DNA of 64,000 bases, taken from NCBI GenBank assembly GCA_022749815.1, contig JAKIWV010000002.1, positions 194,478-258,477 on the forward strand, written 5' to 3'. The DNA comes from Thermoplasmata archaeon. GTDB taxonomy: Archaea > Thermoplasmatota > Thermoplasmata > Lutacidiplasmatales > UBA184. Shown here in pieces: positions 27,720-38,006 of the stretch; the stretch's first letter is position 1, and each line of letters starts with the position of its first letter. Below the pieces are notes generated by a model, which had not been told where the DNA came from, made no database searches, and worked only from the letters and a program-made list of their open reading frames with translations. Position numbers and translations under genes: made by a program.

Positions 27720-28574
27720 CTATCGGATGGTGATCGAGTTGAGGACCGCTCCCGAGCCAGGCCCAGCCATCGTAACGAGGCCAGACTCGCTCGCTCCGGT
27801 GAGTGACGCGTCATAGGTGTAATCGTACGCGTCGACGTACGAATACCAACTGACCTGAAGGATGTACACATGCGACGCGACGAGCCCTTTCGCGTGAATC
27901 GACCAAACGACCTTCTGGTTCACGCTGACATGCGAGTTCCCGGTCACGTTCGAAGTGCAGTTGCCGAGGTAGCAGGAGTCGTAGAGCGAGCTGGTCGCGG
28001 CGGCCCCCGTCCAAGGGGTGGTGCCGAACCAGTAAGTGAAGTTGGTCGTATCGATCAGGTAGGCGTACGCGTACAGTTGTGCGCTCGCGGCCGCGTAGCA
28101 GTACGAGAACGTGGTGTTGAGGAGAGCGCAAGTCCCGCCCGCCAGCTGCGACGCGATCGAAGCTTTGAGTGTCCATGTGGCATGGATGGAGTTCGTGCCC
28201 GAATGGGCGGGAATCGGTACCGAGACGGTCTCGGAGGCGGTGGTGTAGCCCGAGTCTCCGTAGAGCCCAGGACACGTGTTCGCGTGGGCTCTCTCGGAAA
28301 ACCCGAGTCTCCCGTTGGTCAGGTTGAAGAAGGGTGCCCGAACGATCTTCCCCACCCCGCAGCCGGCGCTCGACAGGGAGCTGGATGGATAGCTAGTCGC
28401 CCCGGTGAAGGGGGCTTTGATCGTTACTAGGGCCGTTCCTGATGCCGTCGCCTCGGCCAGCGGCGCGAGCAGCAAGAGCAGGGCGACCCCGAGAAGCCCG
28501 CTAGCCAAGAGCGTCGATCGCCATCGGCTAGTTCTCGCTTGCCAGCTCCCTTCACAAGTTCCGGATTCCTTCAT
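27720..28574 (-). CDS. Secreted protein, sequon-rich, unknown function
   Basis: Signal/TM segment (LLASGLLGVALLLLLAPLAEA). Rich in Ser/Thr/Tyr with many N-x-S/T. Confidence 0.5.
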   Translation of the reverse strand: MKESGTCEGSWQARTSRWRSTLLASGLLGVALLLLLAPLAEATASGTALVTIKAPFTGATSYPSSSLSSAGCGVGKIVRAPFFNLTNGRLGFSERAHANTCPGLYGDSGYTTASETVSVPIPAHSGTNSIHATWTLKASIASQLAGGTCALLNTTFSYCYAAASAQLYAYAYLIDTTNFTYWFGTTPWTGAAATSSLYDSCYLGNCTSNVTGNSHVSVNQKVVWSIHAKGLVASHVYILQVSWYSYVDAYDYTYDASLTGASESGLVTMAGPGSGAVLNSITIR

Positions 28575-28824
28575 TCACAATTTTCCCCCTTTTGCGTTGG
28601 TCCCACAGCGCCGCCCCGATGTTCTGCGAGACCTTCCCCGTATCGAGCTCGGTGATATAATAGAAGGAGAGGTCGGATCACGGAGCCCCGCGACAGATTC
28701 CGCCCCCCGGGGAGCAAGTCGTCACAGTCATCGAGCGATCCGGCGCTGCCGACTCCGAGGGGCAGGTTCGAGGAAACCTTCGCGGGCGCGCACCTTTTTT
28801 GCCGAACCGGGGCTCCCCCCTCGC

Positions 28825-29706
28825 ATGGCCCGAGTCTGGTTCGAAGGTCTACCGGATTACTCCACCCTCGGCGGGACCATCGAGGGGATGCTCGGACTCG
28901 AGGCGGACGGGGTCGTTCGGGCGACGGACCTCCTCCTCCATCTGCATGGATTGGAGACGTCACAGGTCACCGTGGGTTCCGGCAAGTCCCGGAGGGTCAT
29001 CGTCGAGCACGCGTCCTTCCTAGAACTCGTCTCGTCATTCCACGACTCGCTGCACTTCCAGGACGCCAACCATGTGGGGCCCGGCACATACCGATTCCCG
29101 TTCCGTTTCGACATCCCTGCGACCGCGGAGCCGTCGCTGGCGACCGAGGAGCTCCCCCGAAGCCGTGGACGGCTCAGCCAGCGTCCGGACGGGATGTACG
29201 TCGAGTACGAGCTGGAGGCCCGACTGACCGTCCCGTGGTGGGTGGACCCGCTCGACCGCGAGGTCGTGCCGGTGTATTCTCCCCGCCGGGTGCTCGGCGC
29301 CGTGCCGGCTTTCTCGACCGAGGCGGGCCCGGACCGGCCGACCGTCCAAGTTCGCATCGACCCGGTGATGATCCTCCCCGGGACGACCGTCACCGGAAGC
29401 TTTGCGATCCAGAACCCTCACTTGAAGGAACTGCCTCAGCTGACCGTGACGTTGTTCCGCCACGTGGAATACCACGCCTCCAGGACCTCCGCTCTTCGGG
29501 AGGCTCCTCAATTCCCCGCCGCGATCCAACTCGGGGCCCGTGCTCCGAGCTACCAGGGGACGTTCGGGATCGCGGTCCCCAATATCTCTGAAACGACAGG
29601 GCCGTTTACCGGCGAGCTGTATCGAACCTACTGGGTCGCCCGGGCCGAGCTCGAGGTAAGTCTAGGGTTCAACGTTCGAATGGACGCCATCTTCACCCCC
29701 GCTTGA
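28825..29706 (+). CDS. Arrestin/Spo0M-like beta-sandwich protein
   Basis: The PGTYRFPFRFDIPATAEPS motif resembles the arrestin-N (G.Y.FPF.F.LP...P.S) signature. The upstream part of the listed ORF overlaps the previous gene and is probably non-coding. Confidence 0.35.
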   Translation: MARVWFEGLPDYSTLGGTIEGMLGLEADGVVRATDLLLHLHGLETSQVTVGSGKSRRVIVEHASFLELVSSFHDSLHFQDANHVGPGTYRFPFRFDIPATAEPSLATEELPRSRGRLSQRPDGMYVEYELEARLTVPWWVDPLDREVVPVYSPRRVLGAVPAFSTEAGPDRPTVQVRIDPVMILPGTTVTGSFAIQNPHLKELPQLTVTLFRHVEYHASRTSALREAPQFPAAIQLGARAPSYQGTFGIAVPNISETTGPFTGELYRTYWVARAELEVSLGFNVRMDAIFTPA

Positions 29707-29805
29707 CGGAGCACGCCGTCGCCTCACCGCCACGTCCGTTCGGAGCGGGTCGTCCGACCGATTCGGTTATCAATCGGGGTCCGCTCAATCCTGAGGAGCC
29801 AATCC

Positions 29806-30195
29806 GTGGCACTCGCGAAAGGCGTGGCTCGGGTAGTGGCGCTGATCCTCGTCGGACTCGCGTTCGTAGTGGTCGGAGGGACGATCTGGGGCGTGTGCGC
29901 CAGCGCTCCGCAGGTCAACGGGGTCGCCCCCAACTGCGGCCCGGGGCCCGCGGCCGTCATCGCGCTTGGGATCCTTCTCATCCTCGTGGGCATCGGGGTC
30001 GGGGTGGCCTCGGCGTACAGCGGCCCACGAACGATCTATCCGACGATGGACCCGGCCATCCCGCCCCCCTTGGTGCGGCCCGTGGTCGTGCAGGAGACGA
30101 TCGTGCAACAGACAGTGGAGGTCCGGTGCCGGTACTGTGGAGGCCTGAACCCCGTGACAGCCACCAAGTGCTCGTCCTGCGGCGCCGCCCTCTGA
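29806..30195 (+). CDS. Membrane protein with a C-terminal zinc ribbon (CRYCGG...CSSCG)
   Basis: Two TM helices followed by CxxC-x14-CxxC. Confidence 0.45.
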   Translation: MALAKGVARVVALILVGLAFVVVGGTIWGVCASAPQVNGVAPNCGPGPAAVIALGILLILVGIGVGVASAYSGPRTIYPTMDPAIPPPLVRPVVVQETIVQQTVEVRCRYCGGLNPVTATKCSSCGAAL

Positions 30196-30242
30196 TCCCG
30201 CCCGTCCCCTTCCGCGAGCGAGCGGGGGCCCGAATCCCAACG

Positions 30243-30683
30243 CTAGGCAGCCGGCGGTCCCGAAGAGCCGCCGGCCCGGGGTCCATCGGTAGCGGGCTTC
30301 CGAATCTGGACGTAGAGCCAAATGGCAACGAGGAACAAAGCGGTCTCGAGCGTCACCAGGACGTACTCGAGATTGGAGATGGCAGTGGGAGGGCTCTGGG
30401 TGGCAAATTGACCGGTCTGATCGAGGATGAAGCCCGGGATCACCAGAAAGATCCCGAGGCCCGCGAGAACGGCGGAAACACTCGGCCGACCGCGCAAAAA
30501 GGCCAAGGCAACGGCGTTCAGAATGGCGGTCACGAAAACGAGGACGAGGGTGAAGACTCCGATGGGATGAATGAGCTTGAGATTTCGGGTTTCGAAACCC
30601 GAGAGCGGGGTCAGAAGGAACACTGTGACGAACATCGCAACGGCAAGCGCTACGAGTACCATTCCGGGTCGCGACAGGCTCAT
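30243..30683 (-). CDS. Hypothetical membrane protein (4 TM)
   Basis: Hydrophobic helices. The start is taken at MSLSRPGMVLV. Confidence 0.4.
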   Translation of the reverse strand: MSLSRPGMVLVALAVAMFVTVFLLTPLSGFETRNLKLIHPIGVFTLVLVFVTAILNAVALAFLRGRPSVSAVLAGLGIFLVIPGFILDQTGQFATQSPPTAISNLEYVLVTLETALFLVAIWLYVQIRKPATDGPRAGGSSGPPAA

Positions 30684-30989
30684 TCCGATCCCCCCCGTGC
30701 GCGAATCATCCGCTCGGTGCCCCTCGAAAGGCGAGGTCACCTTGGTCCCACAGATAACTTAGCCCGGTCAAGACCACCCCGATCGCTGCCACGGTAGCGA
30801 GGGCGACAAAGAGGGGGTCGCTCGAATCCAGATAGAGAGCCATCAGGGCCCCGACGATGAAGAGAGCGCGACCAGGGCCAGCCCGGTCAACAGTAGGCAT
30901 GGCTTCATGTTTCAGCGGTAGTCGCGACAGGTCACGGGTAAAAGAAGGCCCTTCCGCCCGCCGGGGAGTCACCCAGGGGCTTCGCCCTT

Positions 30990-31023
30990 GGGAGCAATCA
31001 ACATTGCACCTCTCCGGAAACCG
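30990..31023. repeat. Palindromic repeat family, copy P10 (GGGAGCAAT-CAAC-ATTGCACCTCTCCGGA)
   Basis: Inverted arms GCAAT/ATTGC with an extended ACC. It is intergenic. Confidence 0.5.
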
Positions 31024-31089
31024 TTCCCAACCTTCGAATCGAGAGTGATTATTGACCCCTGAGGCGGCGCCGAAGCCACCCCAACGATT

Positions 31090-32040
31090 CGACACCCTGT
31101 GCATGCTGGAATGGCCGCAGCGTAGACAGGCCCGGAGGTGGCGGCTTCCGGGAATTTCCAAGGAAGAATCCGGTCAACCCGGAGAGGATTGAATCTACGT
31201 CCTCTGGGCGCGCGTCATGACTTAGTGGGCTCTCGTCGAACGTGAACCATGGCTTCGGACCACCTTGCATTGCAACGCTGGGCAGGAACATGAGCAAGTC
31301 GATCCACCCGGCCCCAATGCACGCGGAGGGCCAGTCGGCAAGAAGATTCGTCGTTTGGTTACAAGGAGATTGTCTGCCCGAACATCGGAATGAAGCAACG
31401 TAGAGCCTGATGCGGCTTCGGGGAGATTTGCTTCCAGCTGCGTGAGTTGGTCCAAGTGCTCCACAACCCATGGATCTACGTCCGTGAGGGCATCGGTTCC
31501 GTGGCAACGAGCCTCCCCCATTTCCCGCCACAGGCTGAACATTCGACGGTGCCTCTCCTCAAAGGTTGGTGCTGAGAAAGGCGCCGGTGTGAAGAGTGAA
31601 CTAAGCGACTCGACGGCCCTGAGGACCCGCTTGAGTTCGGCTGCTCTCCAGGGGAGATGTGGGGTATGCCCATCCACCTCCTCGAGAAAGAGACCCACCC
31701 AACGCCCGTCGTCGTAGGTTGAAAGTAGATGTGGGACCGGGGACTCCGGAGGCATCTGGGCCAGAACCCGTGCCTCCGTCCGGTGAAACTCAACCGAGTC
31801 GGGGTTCGGGTCGCGACCCACAACCTTCGCGAAAACTCTCCGTCCGTCGGACAAGCGCAACCGCGAAGCGACACCCGGCGAGAATCCGCCGGGCTCAGAT
31901 TGTGTATCATCCACGTGCGCACCGAGGTGCTGCTCGAGCGCACTTCGGACCGAGCCCGGGAGATCTGACCAGACGCTTCGTTCGCCTTCCGCGGGCGGAC
32001 CTGTCCTTTGTTCCTCGGTAGACCGGCGAGTCACGGGTCT
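31090..32040 (-). pseudogene. Aminoglycoside-phosphotransferase (APH)-family kinase gene with an apparent frameshift
   Basis: The catalytic loop LLHSDVRADNLLV is in one frame (ORF 31222..32268). The downstream DW...WIDL motif segment (LLADWPSACIGAGWIDL) is in another frame (ORF 31049..31531). Confidence 0.4.
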
Positions 32041-32090
32041 TAGTTGAACTCGATGAACGATAAGGTGGTTGCAGAGCTGCTCTAAATGAC

Positions 32091-32125
32091 GAGGGTGCAA
32101 TCTGCATTGCAACCCGGGCGAGGGG
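32091..32125. repeat. Palindromic repeat family, copy P3 (GAGGGTGCAAT-CTGC-ATTGCAACCCGGGCG)
   Basis: It lies in the divergent intergenic region between the APH pseudogene and the S9 peptidase gene. Confidence 0.65.
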
Positions 32126-32202
32126 AACGCGAGCCTCACCCGGCGATTGCGGACCCCTAAAGAGACCGACCCGGTTGCTCCCGCATCGGGAGGTGGGTTG
32201 GG

Positions 32203-34137
32203 ATGAAGAGTAGGACGCCTCCACGACAAAGGCCAAAAAGAAAAAAGGCGTCGAACCGCGCAGCCCACCGTAACCGTCCCTCCGCCGCTGAAGCAGGCCT
32301 CGACCTGGAGGCGTTGTGCCGGCTTCCGTCGCTCCTATTCCCCAAGTTGTCCTGGCGCCGCGACCGCTTCGCGTACTATTGGGATGGAACGGGTCGTATC
32401 GAGCTCTACGTACGGTCAATCGACCGCGACGACCCCCGCCAGTTGAGCCACGGTGAAGTTCCTCGCTCCCTCCGGTGGCGGCCGATCTGGGATCGCAGCG
32501 ATCGGTCACTGGTGTTCATTAGGGACATCGGGGGGGACGAGCGCTACGACCTATTCCGAATCGATCGCGGCTCGGGGGCGGTCCACCAGCTGACGGACCG
32601 CCCGGCCGACAGCTACCCGACTGAATTCAGCCCGGACAACCGATGGATCTTGTTGCAGTCGAACATGGTCGGCAAGGGTGGACGGGCTCAGTCCAACCTG
32701 TGGCGGGTACCAGCGGACGGCGGAACGCCCGAGCAGATCACCGACTACGAGTCCCCGGTATCGATCTTCGGTTTCGGTACGGCCACGTGGAGCCCCGATG
32801 GGCGACAGATTGCCTACTCTGCGAACGAGACCGCCGACCCTCGCAACCAGGATGTCTATCTCTGCAACGCCGACGGGACGAACGCGCGGCGTGTCTTTCG
32901 GGGGGGAGCCGGCTCCCACGACAGCGTCGCGGGATGGCACCCGGACGGACGCCGGCTCGCTCTGTCCTCCGACGTCAGCGGTCGTTACCAGTCCGGAGTC
33001 CTCGACCTCGGGAGAGAGGCGGTACAGTGGTTTGGGGACGGGCGGCGCGACGAATCGCCCGTAGAGTTTTCGCCGGACGGCCGTTCGTTGCTTACGGTGG
33101 TTTTGGATGGAGTGCGCGTCGCTCCTCGAATGTACTCCGTGGCCAGCCGTCGCGGACAGAACGTCGAGACAGAGGGCGGCGTAGTGCTGGACCAAGAATT
33201 TGCTCCCGACGGTCGCACCGTCCTGGCGTGGTACCAGAGCCCCGTGCGACGAGGCGAGTTCGCACGGCTCCGCGCCGGCCACCCGCCCGAGACTCTCCTG
33301 CCCGCCGAATACGGCTCCGTGGACCGAAGCGCCTTCGTGAACCCCCGCACGGTGCGCTACAAGTCCTTCGACGGCCGCCGGGTCGAAGCGCTGCTCTACT
33401 CCCCGAGGTCTCCCCGACCACGATCGCTTCCTGCCTTGGTCGAAGTCCACGGAGGCCCTACCGGCCAGTTCGCCCGCTTCTTCGACGAGACAACCCAGTA
33501 CATCGTTAGTCGCGGATTCGTGGTCCTTCAACCGAACATTCGCGGGAGCACCGGATACGGGATCGAGTTCCAGGACCTCAACCGGCACGACTGGGGCGGG
33601 GGAGACTTGCAGGACGTGGTCGCCGGGGCCCGGTTCCTCGCGAGCCTTCCGTTCGTGAATCCGAAGCGCCTCGGGATCTGGGGTGGGAGTTTCGGCGGGT
33701 TCATGACATACCTCGCGACCGTGAAAGTGCCCGACCTGTGGCACGCGGCGTGCGCGTGGGTAGGAGTCACCGACCTCGAGCTCCTCTACCAGGAGTCCCG
33801 GGAGCACTACCAATACTTCCTCCGTGAACAGATGGGAGACCCCGAAAAGAACCGCCGCCTCTGGCAGGACCGAAGCGCGATCAATTTCGCGGAGAGGCTT
33901 AGGGCCAAGCTGCTGATGGTTCACGGGATCAACGACCCACGGTGTCCCATCGACCAAGCCCGCCGGTACCGGGACCGGCTGCTCGCGTTGGGTCGACGGG
34001 AAGGCTCAGATTTCGAGTATGTCGAATTGGGGGAGGAGGGCCATGGCTCGGCCGACATCGAGCAGAAGCTCCGCTCGGCTCGGGTCGTGACCGGCTTCTT
34101 CGAGAAGGCGCTGGGCGCTCCCCGGGCCCCCACCTAG
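32203..34137 (+). CDS. S9-family serine peptidase, paralog 2 (beta-propeller + alpha/beta hydrolase)
   Basis: GGSFGGFMT nucleophile elbow, HGINDPRCP, EEGHG. It has the same architecture as 18365..20224. Confidence 0.8.
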   Translation: MKSRTPPRQRPKRKKASNRAAHRNRPSAAEAGLDLEALCRLPSLLFPKLSWRRDRFAYYWDGTGRIELYVRSIDRDDPRQLSHGEVPRSLRWRPIWDRSDRSLVFIRDIGGDERYDLFRIDRGSGAVHQLTDRPADSYPTEFSPDNRWILLQSNMVGKGGRAQSNLWRVPADGGTPEQITDYESPVSIFGFGTATWSPDGRQIAYSANETADPRNQDVYLCNADGTNARRVFRGGAGSHDSVAGWHPDGRRLALSSDVSGRYQSGVLDLGREAVQWFGDGRRDESPVEFSPDGRSLLTVVLDGVRVAPRMYSVASRRGQNVETEGGVVLDQEFAPDGRTVLAWYQSPVRRGEFARLRAGHPPETLLPAEYGSVDRSAFVNPRTVRYKSFDGRRVEALLYSPRSPRPRSLPALVEVHGGPTGQFARFFDETTQYIVSRGFVVLQPNIRGSTGYGIEFQDLNRHDWGGGDLQDVVAGARFLASLPFVNPKRLGIWGGSFGGFMTYLATVKVPDLWHAACAWVGVTDLELLYQESREHYQYFLREQMGDPEKNRRLWQDRSAINFAERLRAKLLMVHGINDPRCPIDQARRYRDRLLALGRREGSDFEYVELGEEGHGSADIEQKLRSARVVTGFFEKALGAPRAPT

Positions 34138-34231
34138 ATCCGCTCAGGCAGACCAGCCCAGTGCGAGACAGCACAGACCGGGCCGGATCCGGTCGATCTA
34201 GTGGGGGCCCGTTCAGACAAACCTAATCCCC

Positions 34232-34510
34232 GTGACGGAGATGCGGGAGAGCGTGACGGCTGCCCCACCGATGGCCCCCCGGCCGAGAGCGTCGTACATG
34301 CCTTCCCGAGCGCGCGTTGTGGCGTCCATCCTGGGGCCGGTGGCCTGGCTCAGTTTCACGCTGTTGTACGTGGGGTTCTGGGCGCAGGGGTTCAGCTTCT
34401 TTCAGAGCGTGATCGTGATTCTCGTCTCGATCATCGTCCTCGCCGGACTCATGGCAGCCCTGTGGGCCTCGTGGGGGATGGGCCACCGCCGATGGGGCTG
34501 GGACGAGTAG
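34232..34510 (+). CDS. Small membrane protein (3 TM)
   Basis: Hydrophobic helices. It overlaps an antisense ORF that encodes an alpha/beta-hydrolase-like N-terminal fragment. Confidence 0.35.
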   Translation: MTEMRESVTAAPPMAPRPRASYMPSRARVVASILGPVAWLSFTLLYVGFWAQGFSFFQSVIVILVSIIVLAGLMAALWASWGMGHRRWGWDE

Positions 34511-34797
34511 GTTCGGCTGGAGTCCTCGCAGGTCGTACCGGACCCCCGTCCCGTTCTTGGAGTAGACTTCGGATTCGCGGTTCCTCATCCGGTGGTCGGC
34601 GATGCCGACACGAATCCACATGACCGGCGGTCCGTGGCCCGACCGCTCGTAGTACAGTCGACCGCCCGAGACGTCCAGCAGTCCCGAGCTATTCCGACGG
34701 GACATCGTCCAAGAGGTTCCGAGGCTGGGAGCGTTCCACTCCTTATAGCGGTGGTTCGGAATCGCCCTGGCAGCGACCGAGGAGGGAGAAAGGGCGA

Positions 34798-35361
34798 ATG
34801 GGGGCCAGAGTGCTGTCGCCGTTCACTGCCATCGATCGCCTGCGGGGGAGACTCGTGGCGCTTCGGTCTCTTCGGGTCACGGATGCCTCAGCGTTGGATA
34901 CCCTGTTGCGCGACGGCCGCGTCACCCGGCTGCTCCCGCCGAGGGTTCGGCGGGAGACCGGGCGGCAATTCGTCACCCGGGTCCTTCGGGAGCAGCGGAG
35001 AGGCGAGGGAGTATCGTTCGCGGTCCTCCCACTTGGGAGCGACGAGGTCATCGGGCAGATCCGGCTGATCAACTGGTCTCGATCCGAACGAACGGCGGAG
35101 GTGGGATATTGGTTCCGCCGGAAGTATTGGGGTCGAGGCTTCGCCACGGATGCGCTCCGGCTGACGTGCCGGTTCGGCTTCCGGCACCTGTCCCTCCATC
35201 GGATCGAGGCGATCGTCGTAGTCGGCAACGTTGGGTCGAGACGCGTGTTGGAGCACGTCGGTTTCCGGCTGGAAGGCCGGAGCCGGCGCGCTGCTCGCCT
35301 CGCCGTTCGTTGGGCCGATGAGTGGCGTTTCGGGCTCCTGCGCGGGGAACTGCGGTGTTGA
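34798..35361 (+). CDS. GNAT-family N-acetyltransferase (RimL-like)
   Basis: Q/RxxGxG/A-like motif region (RRKYWGRGFATDALRL) and RIEAIVVVGNVGSRRVLEHVGF. Confidence 0.65.
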   Translation: MGARVLSPFTAIDRLRGRLVALRSLRVTDASALDTLLRDGRVTRLLPPRVRRETGRQFVTRVLREQRRGEGVSFAVLPLGSDEVIGQIRLINWSRSERTAEVGYWFRRKYWGRGFATDALRLTCRFGFRHLSLHRIEAIVVVGNVGSRRVLEHVGFRLEGRSRRAARLAVRWADEWRFGLLRGELRC

Positions 35362-35438
35362 ATGCCCGGAGACATTTCAGATCCTAGTCGTTCTTGAGGA
35401 ACGCGCTGCGGGACGGGCCGTCTGCCCCCCAAGTCACT

Positions 35439-35978
35439 TCACCGGACGGTGACGTCCTTCCGCATTCGGATCTCACGGACCCCGGCTCCGATCGATCGGG
35501 TCCAGGCGTTCTCCTCCTCACCGGTAATCTGGAAACCGTGGCCCTGCCACCATCGGAGGGACTTCCACGGCACCCCCGCGGCGCTCCGGCTCGTCCCGAG
35601 GGTCACCGCGTGCTGGCCGTGCTGCCGGGCGTGTTCTTCGACGAACCGCACCAGCTGGCGGCCGATCCCCCGGCGTTGATGGTCCCGGGAAACGTCGATA
35701 TTGTTCAATTCCAAAATTTCGCCGCGGTTCTCAAGGGTCACGTAGCCGACCACGCGCCGGCCGACCTCCGCGACGAAAATCTCCTCTCCGCCTGCGCGGT
35801 TCGGCTCGTGCCATGCCGCCGCGAGTCTGCCCTCGTCTGTGAAGGTCTGCTGAGACCACGGCCGGCCGAACCCGACCCCCTCACTCTCCGTCGTCGAGGA
35901 GGTGGCACACCGGACCAGGGCCGGGATGTCCTCTCGCGTGGCCGGACGAACTCGAATTTCTAGGTGGCCAGATGACAC
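35439..35978 (-). CDS. GNAT-family N-acetyltransferase
   Basis: HQRRGIGRQLVRFVEEHAR (motif A). Confidence 0.7.
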   Translation of the reverse strand: MSSGHLEIRVRPATREDIPALVRCATSSTTESEGVGFGRPWSQQTFTDEGRLAAAWHEPNRAGGEEIFVAEVGRRVVGYVTLENRGEILELNNIDVSRDHQRRGIGRQLVRFVEEHARQHGQHAVTLGTSRSAAGVPWKSLRWWQGHGFQITGEEENAWTRSIGAGVREIRMRKDVTVR

Positions 35979-36468
35979 GCGACGCCAAGAAGGACGCGAT
36001 ACATCTCATTTCCAGTCAGGGCCGCTCACTCGCCCGTGATGGAGCGACCCCTCCGATACCGCACGGGGATTTGGGGCGGGGCTTCTTGGTCCTGCGCCGG
36101 AAGCGGGGCCCTAAGCCAAGCGCGGAAGGGGCGGCGCGTCACTCCGATTCGACTTTGGAAAGTAATCGAAGAAACGTTCGGTGGTCCCCTCGCTCGTCCT
36201 CTCCGCCCTCAACCGGGTCCGCTACTCAACCCTGTGGTGGGCGGAGAGTTGGACTCGATTCAGCTCCCCTGGGCGCGTTCCACCCATCTCGGAGGTGACC
36301 GTCGGGCCTCGGCATGTTGTAGGGAAGGTTCAATGATTCGACCCAAAGCAAATGACCGAAACCTCGCCTCCGCTTGCGGCGATCGCATTAGGTCGCTTCC
36401 TACCGGTGGAACCGAACCCCGGGGTGGGCACAATATAAGCCCCATGTCGCTGGAGTGGCCGTCAATCG

Positions 36469-36903
36469 ATGGTAGTCCCCAGCGGGCCGCCCGGGAGAGT
36501 GGCCCTGCTCGGGGCCGTTCCGTTGCTTTCGAAGTTGACACCGAGCCAGCTCGAGAAGATCGCTGCGACCGGGGCGGATCGAACGTTCCATCGCGGAGAG
36601 ACCATCGTCCGACAGGGAGAGAAGGGCGTCGGCCTCTACCTCCTCTTGAGCGGTTCGGCCGACGTCCGACGATCCGGCCAGAAGGTCGCGTCGTTGTCCG
36701 CGGGCCAGTTCTTTGGAGAGGCAGCCCTCTTGGTGGATACACCGCGGACCGCGGAGGTTTTCGCGATTACGGAGGTCCGGTGCTTCGTCCTGAACCGCTG
36801 GGATTTCTGGGGGGCCGTCGGCGTCGATCCCCAAGCGAATCGAGCCCTGTTTGAAGAGACGGTCCAACGGCTCAAGTCGTTCCACACGGAGTTGGTCGAA
36901 TAG
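36469..36903 (+). CDS. Cyclic-nucleotide-binding (CAP_ED) domain protein
   Basis: GEKGVGLYLLLSGSADV...GQFFGEAALL...PRTAEVFA is the cNMP-binding signature. Confidence 0.6.
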   Translation: MVVPSGPPGRVALLGAVPLLSKLTPSQLEKIAATGADRTFHRGETIVRQGEKGVGLYLLLSGSADVRRSGQKVASLSAGQFFGEAALLVDTPRTAEVFAITEVRCFVLNRWDFWGAVGVDPQANRALFEETVQRLKSFHTELVE

Positions 36904-36924
36904 CACCCGCCGCGGCTCGAAAAG

Positions 36925-37902
36925 CTAGGAGGCGGGGGAGCGGCTCGATCCGTCAGGGCGGACTTCTCGGAGCCGAGGCCTCGAGGTTGGCGAAGGGAGC
37001 CGGCTTCGTCGGGGCTTCGCCACGGGACTGAAGCTCCAGACCGTCCGCGGTGGTCTCAGCGAGGGCGTGCTTTCAAAGATTCGATGGATTCGCCCAAGCG
37101 CTTCGTTGCCTCGTTGTGTGAGGTCTGCGATCCGGTCGTACCGGGCAAGTGCCGCCGGGATTGGATCGGCCGTCGGGTCCATCGGGCGCCACGCGTCCCA
37201 TAGAAGGAGCTCCTGACGGTTGAGCGAACAGAAATCGAGAATGAGTCGACTTCGAACGAACCAGAGTCCTCGTAAGGAACCCCTCGATTCGACCCCAAAG
37301 GAGCGGGGGTCGGCCTGTGATTCTCGGCACAATTGCCAGGCCCGACCGCCGACCAAGAATCGGTCCCGCGGAACGTCGATCGGTACGAAGGGGAGGCGGT
37401 TGTACTCAACGAGCCGCTCGCTCTGCTCGGGGTCCACGAGATGCCATCGACCGGCTCCTCGGTCCCAAACTTCGGCGATCGTATGGTCAACGTGGAAACC
37501 GGCCGGTTCATCTCGGAAGTAGGTGGCGAACCCCACTCGCACGCGACAGGGGATCCCTTGATGCCGGGCCATGGCGCAGAAGAGTACCGCAAAGTCGCGA
37601 CAGCATCCCACGATCCTGCGTTCGACGGGTCGGGGCTCCGATAGCGGACGTTCATCCATTGCCGCCAGACGAGCGAGCATCCGCGAGACGAGTCGAGTAT
37701 CGACTTCTCGCAGTCTCTCCCGGGGGAGGCGCGCTTTCACGACTTCCTGACTTCGGTAGTGCACCACGAGGCCCTGGACAATCTGACAGAGACCGGAAAT
37801 TCCATTCGGCAGGTCCGCAAAGAGTCGTTGGTGCTTTCCTGGGTCGGTGAATAGGCTCTGGCGAGTGTAGTACGTGACGGCTGCGGAGAGACGATCCGGC
37901 AT
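36925..37902 (-). CDS. Transglutaminase-like cysteine-protease-fold protein
   Basis: GCCRDFAVLFCAMARHQGIPCRVRVGF...FHVDHTIAEVWD, with the Cys-His-Asp spacing typical of transglutaminase-like domains. Confidence 0.65.
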   Translation of the reverse strand: MPDRLSAAVTYYTRQSLFTDPGKHQRLFADLPNGISGLCQIVQGLVVHYRSQEVVKARLPRERLREVDTRLVSRMLARLAAMDERPLSEPRPVERRIVGCCRDFAVLFCAMARHQGIPCRVRVGFATYFRDEPAGFHVDHTIAEVWDRGAGRWHLVDPEQSERLVEYNRLPFVPIDVPRDRFLVGGRAWQLCRESQADPRSFGVESRGSLRGLWFVRSRLILDFCSLNRQELLLWDAWRPMDPTADPIPAALARYDRIADLTQRGNEALGRIHRIFESTPSLRPPRTVWSFSPVAKPRRSRLPSPTSRPRLREVRPDGSSRSPAS

Positions 37903-38006
37903 AGTTCGGACCCCAAGCCGCGCGCACTGTCCTCCGCCCCATGAACCCTCCCCTCCGAGCGACGAGGGGCTGTCGCCGGCCTAGGGTATTCTCTTCCGGA
38001 GCGCAA

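Noticed and set aside
28405-28824. 5' extension of the arrestin-like ORF back to 28405
   Set aside because: It overlaps the convergent secreted-protein gene and is Ser/Arg/Pro-rich. The start is placed at MARVWFEG (28825).
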